Shown in pieces: positions 36,402 through 45,754 of a stretch of DNA of 46,651 nucleotides (its first letter is position 1; the number at the start of each line of letters is the position of its first letter). The DNA comes from Bacteroidia bacterium. Its GTDB lineage: Bacteria > Bacteroidota > Bacteroidia > Bacteroidales > BM520. The notes beneath the pieces are model-generated. The model was not told the DNA's origin. It did no database searches and saw only the letters and a list, made by a program, of their open reading frames with translations. A program made the position numbers and the translations under genes. The DNA lies in NCBI GenBank assembly GCA_009930445.1, contig RZYD01000001.1, forward strand, positions 1 through 46,651, read 5' to 3'.

Positions 36402-37739
36402 TTAGCGCATTTTTGGATTATTCCGCATCATCCGCATCATATTTTTTGCGCCGGATCCACTCATAGCTTTCATCATTTTCCGGGTTTCACTAAATTGCTT
36501 AATGAGTTGGTTCACCTCCTGGACGGTAGTTCCGGAGCCATCGGCAATCCGGCGTCTACGGCTTCCATTTAATATTTCGGGATTTGCACGTTCTTCTTTC
36601 GACATGGAGTGAATAATAGCCTCGATGCTTTTAAATGCATCATCATCAACGTCCACATTTTTCAATGCTTTTCCCATACCGGGAATCATGCCCATGAGAT
36701 CTTTTACATTACCCATTTTTTTAATTTGCTGAATCTGGGACAGGAAATCATCAAAATTAAATTGATTTTTGGCAATTTTTCGTTGCAGAGTCCGGGCTTG
36801 TTCGGCATCAAATTGTTCTTGTGCTTTTTCAACGAGAGAAACGATATCCCCCATACCGAGAATACGGTCGGCCATACGTTTCGGATAGAAGACATCAAGG
36901 GCCTCCATTTTTTCGCCCAAACCCACAAATTTGATGGGTTTATTCACTACCGCTTTAATAGTAAGAGCTGCTCCACCACGGGTATCCCCATCGAGTTTCG
37001 TTAAAACCACTCCATTATAATCCAACCGTTCATTAAATGTTTTGGCAGTATTCACCGCGTCTTGTCCGGTCATGGAATCGACAACGAACAGCGTTTCCTG
37101 TGGTTTTGCCGCGGCCTGAACTGCGGCAATTTCGTTCATCATCTGCTCGTCGATGGCCAGGCGGCCAGCGGTATCGATAATCACCGTTGTGAAGCCATTT
37201 GCTTTAGCATGTTTGAGTGCCTCGCCAACGATAGCCACCGGATCTTTGCTGTCGTCACGAAAAAATACTTCAGCATTGACCTGTTCACCTAATACTTTTA
37301 ATTGATTAATAGCTGCTGGCCGATAAACATCCCCTGCTACAAGCAACACTTTCTTTTTCTTTTTACTTTGCAGAAAATGGGCCAACTTGGCAGTGAAAGT
37401 AGTTTTTCCGGAACCCTGCAAGCCGGCAATAAGAATAACCGATGGATTTCCTTCAAGCGACAGGGGGGCTTCTTCCCCTCCCATGAGGGCAGTCAGTTCA
37501 TCATGTACAATTTTCACCATGAGTTGCCCGGGTGAAACCGCGGTAAGTATTTTTTGACCCAACGCCTTTTGTTTAACCTCTTCGGTAAAACTCTTCGCCA
37601 CCTTAAAACTAACGTCGGCGTCCAGCAAGGCCCGACGCACTTCTTTCAGGGTTTCAGCCACATTGATCTCCGTAATGTGGCCTTGTCCTTTCAGTATCTT
37701 AAACGACTTTTCAAGCCTGTCACTTAAACTTTCAAACAT
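36402..37739 (-). CDS. ffh: Signal recognition particle protein Ffh
   Basis: MFESLSDRLEKSFK, GLQGSGKTT, DTAGR, TKLDGDTRGGAALT, and a Met-rich M domain. ATG at 37739 (track start 37748 is TTG). Confidence 0.95.
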   Translation of the reverse strand: MFESLSDRLEKSFKILKGQGHITEINVAETLKEVRRALLDADVSFKVAKSFTEEVKQKALGQKILTAVSPGQLMVKIVHDELTALMGGEEAPLSLEGNPSVILIAGLQGSGKTTFTAKLAHFLQSKKKKKVLLVAGDVYRPAAINQLKVLGEQVNAEVFFRDDSKDPVAIVGEALKHAKANGFTTVIIDTAGRLAIDEQMMNEIAAVQAAAKPQETLFVVDSMTGQDAVNTAKTFNERLDYNGVVLTKLDGDTRGGAALTIKAVVNKPIKFVGLGEKMEALDVFYPKRMADRILGMGDIVSLVEKAQEQFDAEQARTLQRKIAKNQFNFDDFLSQIQQIKKMGNVKDLMGMIPGMGKALKNVDVDDDAFKSIEAIIHSMSKEERANPEILNGSRRRRIADGSGTTVQEVNQLIKQFSETRKMMKAMSGSGAKNMMRMMRNNPKMR

Positions 37740-37761
37740 AATTTTCAATTTTTAGTGACGG

Positions 37762-37769
37762 CAAAGGTA
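37762..37769 (-). promoter_or_regulatory. Candidate -7 promoter box (TACCTTTG on minus strand) for ffh
   Basis: Plus-strand CAAAGGTA, 22 nt upstream of the ffh ATG. Confidence 0.45.
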
Positions 37770-37897
37770 AAAAGAATTTAAAAAGCGATGGGCCGGAAAT
37801 CATTCATTGGCTGAATCTTTTCCGGCATTTTTGCAAAAAAACAACGATTCTTTGTTAAAAAAGGTGAATTTTAATACCAAATGCAGTTTTTTTTATC

Positions 37898-37905
37898 TAT
37901 TTTTG
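37898..37905 (+). promoter_or_regulatory. Candidate -7 promoter box (TATTTTTG) for the 955-aa T9SS cargo gene
   Basis: Perfect TAnnTTTG 91 nt upstream of ATG 37997. Confidence 0.35.
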
Positions 37906-37996
37906 TTGTCGCACTGACTGTAACAGACAATTCAAGCATAAAAAAATCGAAAATAGTTACGAAAACCCAAACATGTCTAATTAAAAATCAAGTCAA

Positions 37997-40864
37997 ATGA
38001 AAAAACTTACTTTTTTGGTAATGGCTTTGGTTCTTGGCCTTACAACAATAGCACAAGTTCCGACAACCTTACCTGATGACTTTGAAGCTTACACTGCAGG
38101 GCAGAAACTGGCCCAGCAAAATCCTGACCTCTGGACCACCTGGAGCAACGCCCCCGGTGGTGCTGAAGACCCATTGGTTTCAGATGCCCAGGCTTCAAAC
38201 GGATCCAATAGTGTAGTCATTACCGCTGGTAACGACTGTGTACTTCCTCTGGGTGACCTTACGGAAGGAAAATGGAATTTAAAATTCAAGATTTATGTAC
38301 CAACCGGATTTATCGGTTATTACAATGTATTGCATGCCTTCGACGGCGCAGCCAGCGAATGGGGCACACAGGTTTATTTTGGAGCCGATGGTGCCGGTAG
38401 CGTAGATGGTGGTGCAGCCAGTGCTGCCACTTTTACCTACGAATACGACACCTGGATTCAGGTGGAGAACGTGATTAACCTGACCTTTGACCAGGCTACG
38501 GTAATCATTGATGGTGTTGAGCTCGTTACCTGGCAATGGAGCATGGGAACATTTGGTGAACCCGGCCTCAACCAACTCGGAGCCGCCAATTTCTTTGCGT
38601 GGGACGAAGAAGGTACACCTACTTTCTACCTCGACGAAGTGGATCTTGTGGATATGAGCGGTGGTGGTATCGGCGCTCCTCCGGCTAACCTTACCGGTGA
38701 AGTCGTTGATGACTTTAATATTCAGCTTTACTGGGAAGCCCCGGGCGCTGCACCCTTGGTATGGGATCAAATCGATGCACTTGGCGAAACTTACGGTAAA
38801 TCAGCACAGGATTTTGAAGCATCGTACGATATTTATGATGCCGAAGTTGCGGCTGACTTTGTTCTTACCGAAGGTACCACACTGACAAAAGCCGCATTCC
38901 GTTATTTCTACAATGCCGCCAACGCAGGCAATACCGACCCTCGTGCCTTTAACGTAAGCATTTTCCCCGATGAAAGCGGACTCCCCGGAGAAACAGCCAC
39001 CTATACAACAACTACCGTAGAAGTTACCCCGGACGAAAATGGCGTATTTATCGCTGATTTAACAGATCCGATCACACTGGACGCCGGTACCTACTGGATT
39101 GGCTTTAATATAATCCTTGAATACGGAACTGCGGAAATTCAAGGATATGCCGGCCAACGTGCCGCCACCGATAACGACACTCCCGCTTACTGGAGAAATC
39201 CAGGCGATGGATTTGGTACAGGCTTTACCACCTGGTCGCCGGACGTGAACTCTGAGGGAGGTGACCCTGAAGATATTTGCTTTGCACTCTATGGCTCAAC
39301 CGCTACAGCTGATGCACTCGCTGCTATGCAAAATTTTGTCTCTGTAGAAAAAGAACACAATTTCCAACCCGTTCTTTTGGATGTTACTACTACAGCAAAG
39401 ACAAAAATATCCGGCACCAATACCCTTCAACCAAAAAGTCTGATCGGTTATAATGTATACAGAAATGGTACTTTAATTGCAGAAGAAATTGAAGCCCTTT
39501 CTTACCTCGACGAAGGCCTTGATCCCGGTATGTATCTCTATGCGGTTACTGCAGTCTACACCGAAGGTGAATCCGACCCGGCAGGCCCGTTACCCATGGA
39601 AATTACTGCAGGCGTTCCGGTAATCACCGTTTCTCCCAATGTACTCAGTGCTAATGTAGTATATCCCAATCCAACCGAAAAAACATTAACCATCGGAAAC
39701 ACCGGTAACGGAGATCTGATGTTCGAGATTTGGGCAACATTTAACAGCGATAAGAAAGCTGCATTTACGCACAAACCCCACACTTTCAAATCGGCTCCTG
39801 CTGGAACTGCTGATCTGGTATCAGCACAAGGTACAACCAAACCCGTTTATAATGGCGGAAACAGTCGTGAAATGTTATGGGATAATGCAGGATCGATTGG
39901 CGTATCTACAAGTGGTTTGATCTCTGGCGGATACGGTGGAGTAGGTGCAACTGATAACCTTGTTAATGTTGCTGATGATTTCATCGTACCCATGGGCGAA
40001 CAGTGGACCATCGAGTTTATTCATACCGAAGGTTTCACAACCGAAACTGCCCCGGTAACTCCGACAGGTTTTGGTGTTATCATTTATTCGGATAATTTTG
40101 GCGTTCCTGGTGATATTCTTTATGAAGAAATTATTCCCTGGACAAACTACGATTCGCAGGATCTGGTACTGGGTATGCCTCAAACTATGGATGCCGGCCA
40201 TTACTGGCTTTCTGTATATGCATGGTTCGAAGACGGTGCTGATATCACGGATCACCGCTGGAACTGGTACTATGGCGTCAACCCGATTGAACATGAAGCA
40301 GTACTTCAGGATCAGCCTGGCTTCTTCGGTGGTATGGATTGGACTAAAATTGGTCCTACCGGACTGGGTATTGATGGCTATTCTATGTTCTTTGTAATTG
40401 AAGGAACATCCGTACAAACCGACAACTGGCTCTCCTTTGAACCTCAGGGTGGTCTGGTAATTCCCGAAGAATCAACCGCAGTAACGGTTACTTTCGACCC
40501 CATGGGAATTATGGAGCCGGCTAACACCAGCTACACCGGAACCATTCATATTTACCACAACGACCCAAGTGCTCCGGTTAAAAACATTCCGGTTGCCATG
40601 GGCGTAACCAGTGTAGGTATTGGCGAAAACGAAGCAACTTATGTACTCGTTTACCCAAATCCTTCTACAGGGATTATGAACATTCAGTCCAATGAAACAA
40701 TCCGCACCGTACGTGTGATGAACCTCGCCGGACAAACCGTGGTTTCAACGGATGTTAATGCAGCCCGTTACACGGTAAATGCATCTGATTTGCAAACTGG
40801 TATCTATTTTGTTCAAATTGAAACCGAAAGTGGAATCAACACGCAAAAAATTACGGTTAAATAG
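37997..40864 (+). CDS. Secreted multidomain protein with T9SS type-A C-terminal sorting domain
   Basis: Signal peptide MKKLTFLVMALVLGLTTIAQ. Internally duplicated ~165-aa domain. FN3-like segment GYNVYRNG...YLYAVTAVYTEGESDPAG. C-terminal VYPNPSTGIMNIQ...GIYFVQIETESGINTQKITVK. Confidence 0.85.
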   Translation: MKKLTFLVMALVLGLTTIAQVPTTLPDDFEAYTAGQKLAQQNPDLWTTWSNAPGGAEDPLVSDAQASNGSNSVVITAGNDCVLPLGDLTEGKWNLKFKIYVPTGFIGYYNVLHAFDGAASEWGTQVYFGADGAGSVDGGAASAATFTYEYDTWIQVENVINLTFDQATVIIDGVELVTWQWSMGTFGEPGLNQLGAANFFAWDEEGTPTFYLDEVDLVDMSGGGIGAPPANLTGEVVDDFNIQLYWEAPGAAPLVWDQIDALGETYGKSAQDFEASYDIYDAEVAADFVLTEGTTLTKAAFRYFYNAANAGNTDPRAFNVSIFPDESGLPGETATYTTTTVEVTPDENGVFIADLTDPITLDAGTYWIGFNIILEYGTAEIQGYAGQRAATDNDTPAYWRNPGDGFGTGFTTWSPDVNSEGGDPEDICFALYGSTATADALAAMQNFVSVEKEHNFQPVLLDVTTTAKTKISGTNTLQPKSLIGYNVYRNGTLIAEEIEALSYLDEGLDPGMYLYAVTAVYTEGESDPAGPLPMEITAGVPVITVSPNVLSANVVYPNPTEKTLTIGNTGNGDLMFEIWATFNSDKKAAFTHKPHTFKSAPAGTADLVSAQGTTKPVYNGGNSREMLWDNAGSIGVSTSGLISGGYGGVGATDNLVNVADDFIVPMGEQWTIEFIHTEGFTTETAPVTPTGFGVIIYSDNFGVPGDILYEEIIPWTNYDSQDLVLGMPQTMDAGHYWLSVYAWFEDGADITDHRWNWYYGVNPIEHEAVLQDQPGFFGGMDWTKIGPTGLGIDGYSMFFVIEGTSVQTDNWLSFEPQGGLVIPEESTAVTVTFDPMGIMEPANTSYTGTIHIYHNDPSAPVKNIPVAMGVTSVGIGENEATYVLVYPNPSTGIMNIQSNETIRTVRVMNLAGQTVVSTDVNAARYTVNASDLQTGIYFVQIETESGINTQKITVK

Positions 40865-40892
40865 TCAATAGTTTTTTACAAAGTCTTTTTAA

Positions 40893-40928
40893 GGCCCTGA
40901 AGGTTTATACCGGAAGGGCCTTTTTTTT
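40893..40928 (+). terminator. Rho-independent terminator of the 955-aa T9SS cargo gene
   Basis: GGCCCT/AGGGCC outer stem plus GGT/ACC inner stem (40893-40920), followed by T8 (40921-40928). It lies 28 nt after the stop. Confidence 0.65.
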
Positions 40929-40979
40929 GCGCATCAGGGGTAAAATTACCCTTCGTTATGGATAATGCATTACGGCCGT

Positions 40980-41011
40980 AAAAAAAAACCCGGTGTCATC
41001 TGACACTGGGG
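40980..41011 (-). terminator. Rho-independent terminator of ilvE
   Basis: 9-bp stem (one G-U) 40989-40997 / 41002-41010 with a 4-nt loop. On the minus strand it is followed by U9 (plus-strand A run 40980-40988). It lies 28 nt beyond the ilvE stop. Confidence 0.7.
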
Positions 41012-41038
41012 TTTATAACGTAAACACAGTAGTATAAC

Positions 41039-42058
41039 CTATTCAATTATTTCCAGCCACCCATACGTATCTTCCACATCACCGTATTGGATAGCCTGCA
41101 ATTTTTCGTAAAGTTTGGTTGACCACGGTCCCGGTTTTCCATCTTTACTGTAAATAAAAGCTTTTCCAGTATCACGATCGACAATTTTTCCGATAGGAGA
41201 AATTACAGCCGCAGTTCCGCATGCTCCAGCCTCTTCAAAAGTACCAAGTTCATCCACGTGGATGTGACGGAGTTCAACCTCCATGCCAAGGTCTTTTGCA
41301 ATTGTTCTCAGGCTCATATTCGTAATCGAGGGAAGAATGGTGTGTGAATCAGGTGTAATATAGCGATTACCGATTATTCCAAAAAAATTTGCCGGGCCAG
41401 CTTCATCAATATAATGTTTCTCTTTGGCATCGAGAAATAACACATTACCAAATCCCTCTTTATGTGCCCGTTCGGAAGCACGCAGAGAGGCGGCATAATT
41501 TCCACCTACCTTTATATGCCCGGTACCCAATGGAGCAGCGCGGTCATAGTCGCGTACAATCTGAAAGTCGACTGGTTTAAAACCCTGTTTGAAATAGGGC
41601 CCGACCGGGGTAACAAAAACCATAAACATATACTCACTGGCCGGCTTCACTCCTACCTGAGCACCTGAACCAATAAGTAACGGCCTCAGGTAAAGGGATG
41701 CACCGGTTCCATAAGGAGGAACAAAACGCTTATTCAGCTGAATCACCTTTTTAATAGCTTCGCCGAACAACTCCTCAGGTACTTCCGCCATCATAACGCC
41801 CTCGGCTGAACGTTTCAGACGCTTGGCGTTTTCCTGCCAACGGAAAAGGCGAATCTTTCCATCTTGTCCACGAAAGGCTTTCATTCCTTCAAATGCCTCC
41901 TGCCCGTAATGCAGGCATGAGGCAGCCATATGCATTGGGATATACTCAGAAGAAGTTACTTCCAGCTCACCCCATTTACCATCACGGTAAAAACAGCGCA
42001 CATTATAGTCGGTTTTCTGGTAACCAAAAGGCAGTGCGCCCCAATCTATAGTATTCAT
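41039..42058 (-). CDS. ilvE: Branched-chain amino acid aminotransferase (class IV PLP enzyme)
   Basis: YGQEAFEGMKAFR, LRPLLIGSG, KVGGNYAASL, GACGTAAVISPIG. 339 aa. Confidence 0.9.
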   Translation of the reverse strand: MNTIDWGALPFGYQKTDYNVRCFYRDGKWGELEVTSSEYIPMHMAASCLHYGQEAFEGMKAFRGQDGKIRLFRWQENAKRLKRSAEGVMMAEVPEELFGEAIKKVIQLNKRFVPPYGTGASLYLRPLLIGSGAQVGVKPASEYMFMVFVTPVGPYFKQGFKPVDFQIVRDYDRAAPLGTGHIKVGGNYAASLRASERAHKEGFGNVLFLDAKEKHYIDEAGPANFFGIIGNRYITPDSHTILPSITNMSLRTIAKDLGMEVELRHIHVDELGTFEEAGACGTAAVISPIGKIVDRDTGKAFIYSKDGKPGPWSTKLYEKLQAIQYGDVEDTYGWLEIIE

Positions 42059-42217
42059 AATATGTAATTTATGTGGGTTGATAATTTCCAGTTTTCTGGA
42101 CTGCTAAATTAGTATTAAACCCATAGAAATCCAATTTTCATTTACAAACTGCGGACAAATAATAATAATTTGCTGGCATTTAACAGGCGAATGCGCCCCT
42201 TTTCGTATCTTTAAGGC

Positions 42218-42649
42218 ATGGTACTCGCTGTTGATTTGGGTGTTAAAACCGGCCTGGCGTTGTTTTCAAAAAACGGGCAATTATGCTGGGTCAGGTCAGG
42301 TAATTTCGGTTCTGCAGCCCGGCTTAAAAAAGCCATTCCTGCTATTTTAGCCCCGTTGGCTAACGATGGAATCCTGGTTTTGGAGGGCGGGGGCGATTTA
42401 AAAAACAGCTGGAGTAACGCAGCTAAACTGCAGAGAATTACGGTTGTTGCATTACAAGCCAGTGATTGGCGTAACGATTTATTTTATTCACGCGACCAGC
42501 GCACCGGGAAACAGGCGAAAATTCATGCGCTAAAAATGGCCCACAACTTAATCCGGGAATCCGGAATCGCAGCGCCAAAATCATTAACCGACGATGCAGC
42601 TGAAGCCTTTTTAATTGGCTACTGGTTTCTGAATTATTATCTCGTGTAA
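42218..42649 (+). CDS. Hypothetical small RuvC-like / RNase H-fold protein
   Basis: MVLAVDLGVKTGLALF (Asp6 in a beta1-like context), LVLEGGG (Glu56), and C-terminal LTDDAAEAFLIG resembling the RuvC D-A-A-D-A-L-A helix. 143 aa. Assignment is by pattern only. Confidence 0.45.
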   Translation: MVLAVDLGVKTGLALFSKNGQLCWVRSGNFGSAARLKKAIPAILAPLANDGILVLEGGGDLKNSWSNAAKLQRITVVALQASDWRNDLFYSRDQRTGKQAKIHALKMAHNLIRESGIAAPKSLTDDAAEAFLIGYWFLNYYLV

Positions 42650-42771
42650 AACAAAATTAAAATCAAACCTTCGGGGTTGTCATTTTGTCAGTAGGCTCGC
42701 CATGGCATATCCTTTGCTATTGCCCCTGCCAGAATTAAAACAATTGATAACACATAAAAAAATTAAGAAAA

Positions 42772-44673
42772 ATGCAAAACGGTAAGATCAATGTTCAAAC
42801 CGAGAACATTTTCCCCATTATTAAAAAATTTCTCTATTCAGATCATGAAATTTTTCTCCGAGAAATCATCTCCAATGCAGTTGATGCGACTCAAAAACTA
42901 AAAACGCTCGTAGCACTGGGTAAATACAAAGAAGACCTTGGTGATTTAACAATTAAGGTAACACTGGATAAAAAAGCCGGGACGCTAACCGTAACTGACC
43001 GGGGTATTGGGATGACACAGGATGAGGTGGAGAAATATATCAATCAAATTGCCTTCAGTAGTGCCGAAGACTTCGTAAAAAAATTTAAAACCAAGAGTGA
43101 ATCAGAAATGAATGCCATCATTGGGCATTTTGGTCTGGGCTTTTACTCTTCTTTCATGGTTTCTGATAAGGTAGAAATCAATACTAAGACATATAAGAAA
43201 GGAGGGGCAACAAAACCGATACATTGGGATTGTGACGGAAGCCCTGACTATACCCTATCGGAAGGTCAGCGTGACGAACGGGGAACAGAAATTGTAATGC
43301 ATATTTCCAACGATGCCCGTGAATTTCTCGAAGAATACCGTATTCTCTCGCTCTTAAAAAAATACTGCAAATTCTTACCTGTACCCATTGAATTTGGAAC
43401 AGAGAAAAAGACCCGAACGCTCACAGATGAGCAGGATGAAAAAGGAGAACCCAAAACAGAAACCTATGATGCGCCCCGGATAATTAATAATCCAAACCCG
43501 GCGTGGAAAATGAAACCGGCCGATCTGAAAGAAGAGGATTATAATGCATTCTACCGCGAGCTCTATCCCATGGTTTTTGAAGAACCCCTCTTTAATATTC
43601 ATCTGAATGTTGATTATCCCTTCAACCTAACCGGAATACTCTATTTTCCAAAAGTTAAAAATAAAATTGAAGTTCAGAAAGAAAAAATTCAGCTTTATTG
43701 TAATCAGGTTTTCGTTACCGATGAAGTATCGGGAATTGTCCCTGACTTTTTAACCCTCCTTCATGGTGTAATTGACTCACCGGATATTCCGCTGAATGTT
43801 TCACGAAGTTACTTACAAAGTGATTCCAATGTAAAAAAGATTTCCAACCATATCATGAAAAAAGTTTCCGATAAGCTGGAGGAAATCTTCACCAATGACC
43901 GGAAAAACTTTGAAGCAAAATGGGATGATATCCGAATTTTTATTCAGTATGGAATGATTTCGGAACCAAAGTTTAACGAGAGGGCCAAAAAATTTGCCCT
44001 GCTAAAAAACACCGCAGGTGAGTATTTTACACTGGAAGATTATAAAGCACATATCGAAACACTGCAGAAAGACAAAAATAATACGCTGGTGTACCTCTAC
44101 ACTACCGATGTCGATGGGCAACACACCTACATCAATGCAGCAAAAGAAAGAGGATATGATGTACTCGTTTTTGACGGACCTATTGACAACCACTTCATTA
44201 ACCACATGGAGCAGGAAATGGAAAATACTACCTATAAACGTGTGGATGCGGAGGTGATTGATAAATTGATAGAAAAGGAAGAAAGTGTACTATCGAAATT
44301 GACCGAAGAACAAATCAATCAATTAAAACCGCTATTTGAGAAAGACCTTGAAAAATCACAATTCGAAGTAAAGGCAGAGCACCTCAGCGAACAAGATTTG
44401 CCTGTAATTATCACACAAAACGAGTATATGCGGCGGATGAAAGATATGGCGAAAATTGGAGGAGGAATGGAGTACATGAACAATATGCCTGACAATTACA
44501 CTTTAGTTGTGAATACGAATCATCCATTGATGGGGCGAATTTTGGAAATGCAGGAAGAATCGGAAAAAGAAAACCTGGTAAAACAAATCCGTGACCTGGC
44601 ATTCTTATCCCATAACCTGCTGAAAGGAGAAGCCTTAAATAATTTTGTTAAACGATCGGTTGAACTATTGTAA
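42772..44673 (+). CDS. htpG: Molecular chaperone HtpG (Hsp90 family)
   Basis: FLYSDHEIFLREIISNAVDA (GHKL N-box), DRGIGMT, GHFGLGFYSSFMV. 633 aa. Confidence 0.93.
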   Translation: MQNGKINVQTENIFPIIKKFLYSDHEIFLREIISNAVDATQKLKTLVALGKYKEDLGDLTIKVTLDKKAGTLTVTDRGIGMTQDEVEKYINQIAFSSAEDFVKKFKTKSESEMNAIIGHFGLGFYSSFMVSDKVEINTKTYKKGGATKPIHWDCDGSPDYTLSEGQRDERGTEIVMHISNDAREFLEEYRILSLLKKYCKFLPVPIEFGTEKKTRTLTDEQDEKGEPKTETYDAPRIINNPNPAWKMKPADLKEEDYNAFYRELYPMVFEEPLFNIHLNVDYPFNLTGILYFPKVKNKIEVQKEKIQLYCNQVFVTDEVSGIVPDFLTLLHGVIDSPDIPLNVSRSYLQSDSNVKKISNHIMKKVSDKLEEIFTNDRKNFEAKWDDIRIFIQYGMISEPKFNERAKKFALLKNTAGEYFTLEDYKAHIETLQKDKNNTLVYLYTTDVDGQHTYINAAKERGYDVLVFDGPIDNHFINHMEQEMENTTYKRVDAEVIDKLIEKEESVLSKLTEEQINQLKPLFEKDLEKSQFEVKAEHLSEQDLPVIITQNEYMRRMKDMAKIGGGMEYMNNMPDNYTLVVNTNHPLMGRILEMQEESEKENLVKQIRDLAFLSHNLLKGEALNNFVKRSVELL

Positions 44674-44698
44674 GTTATTCCTAAATAATCATGAACGC

Positions 44699-45286
44699 AT
44701 GAAAAACAAAAACGTTATTATTTTTATTGTCGCTATAGTGGCAATATTGGTCATTTGGTCGGTAGGTGCATACAATGGACTCGTAAGCGCAGAAGAAGGC
44801 GTTGATGCACAATGGGCACAGGTAGAAAATGTATACCAGCGTCGCGCAGATTTAATTCCTAACCTTGTAAATACAGTGAAAGGCTATGCCGATTTTGAAC
44901 AACAAACGCTAACGGATGTAATTGAGGCCCGGGCAAAAGCTACTTCGGTGCAAATTGATCCTGCGAATATCACAGAAGCCAATGTAGAACAATTTCAGGC
45001 CGCACAGGAGCAACTCAGCGGTGCTTTGTCACGCTTGCTGGTTACGATTGAACGTTATCCTGAATTAAAGGCGAACCGCAATTTTCTGGAACTACAGGCG
45101 CAGCTGGAAGGAACAGAAAACCGAATAACCGTGGAAAGAAACAAATTCAATGAGACTGCAAAATTATACAATACTTCCATCAGAAAATTTCCCAAAAACC
45201 TTTTTGCCTCTCTTTTTGGCTTCGATCGGAAAGGATATTTTACAGCAAAAGAAGGTGCTGAAAATGCACCGGTGGTTGAATTTTAA
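44699..45286 (+). CDS. lemA: LemA family protein
   Basis: N-terminal TM then YNGLVSAEEGVDAQWAQVENVYQRRADLIPNLV and ERYPELKAN...LEGTENRI...R..FN, classic LemA. ATG 44699 is 25 nt after the htpG stop. Confidence 0.85.
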   Translation: MKNKNVIIFIVAIVAILVIWSVGAYNGLVSAEEGVDAQWAQVENVYQRRADLIPNLVNTVKGYADFEQQTLTDVIEARAKATSVQIDPANITEANVEQFQAAQEQLSGALSRLLVTIERYPELKANRNFLELQAQLEGTENRITVERNKFNETAKLYNTSIRKFPKNLFASLFGFDRKGYFTAKEGAENAPVVEF

Positions 45287-45298
45287 TATTTCAGGATC

Positions 45299-45745
45299 AT
45301 GCCAAAACCAGCAAAAGACTTTTTTAATAACATTCAAAAAGATACCATTCGACAAGCCATTATGAATGCCGAACTGGATACTTCAGGAGAAATCCGTGTA
45401 CACATTGAAAACGAATGCCCGGGTGAAGTAATGGAGCGCGCTGCCTTTGTTTTTAATAAGCTTAATATGCACAAAACAAATAAAAGAAATGGTGTACTCT
45501 TTTACCTGGCGCTTCGCCATCGAAAATTTGCCATAATCGGCGATCTGGGAATTAACGCAGTAGTTCCTGAAAAATACTGGGATAATATTAAGGAACAACT
45601 GATTGAAAAATTTGCCGAAGGAGACTTTTGCAATGGACTGGCCGATGCCATAACACAAACAGGATTGCAGTTAAAAAAACACTTTCCTTTTCAATCCGAC
45701 GACGAGAACGAACTAAACGATGAGCTTTCTTTCGGCGAAAACTAA
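45299..45745 (+). CDS. TPM (TLP18.3/Psb32/MOLO-1) domain-containing protein, short form
   Basis: SGEIRVHIE..., NGVLFYLALRHRKFAIIGDLGI, and GDFCNGLADAI pattern typical of TPM_phosphatase family members that follow lemA. Confidence 0.7.
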   Translation: MPKPAKDFFNNIQKDTIRQAIMNAELDTSGEIRVHIENECPGEVMERAAFVFNKLNMHKTNKRNGVLFYLALRHRKFAIIGDLGINAVVPEKYWDNIKEQLIEKFAEGDFCNGLADAITQTGLQLKKHFPFQSDDENELNDELSFGEN

Positions 45746-45754
45746 ACATGGACT

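Noticed and set aside
38279-40417. 163-aa (38279-38770) and 180-aa (39875-40417) ORFs antisense to the 955-aa T9SS gene, and similarly 13369-13833 antisense to rnfC
   Set aside because: These are shadow ORFs inside strongly supported genes, with no independent evidence for them.
42650-42771. Heat-shock control elements (CIRCE, sigma-32-like promoter) upstream of htpG
   Set aside because: No TTAGCACTC-N9-GAGTGCTAA repeat and no CTTGAA/CCCCAT pair. The only palindrome is a trivial GCCATGGC.
44691-44702. Mini-uORF ATGAACGCATGA overlapping the lemA start codon
   Set aside because: It is three codons long with no supporting context, and is probably coincidental.
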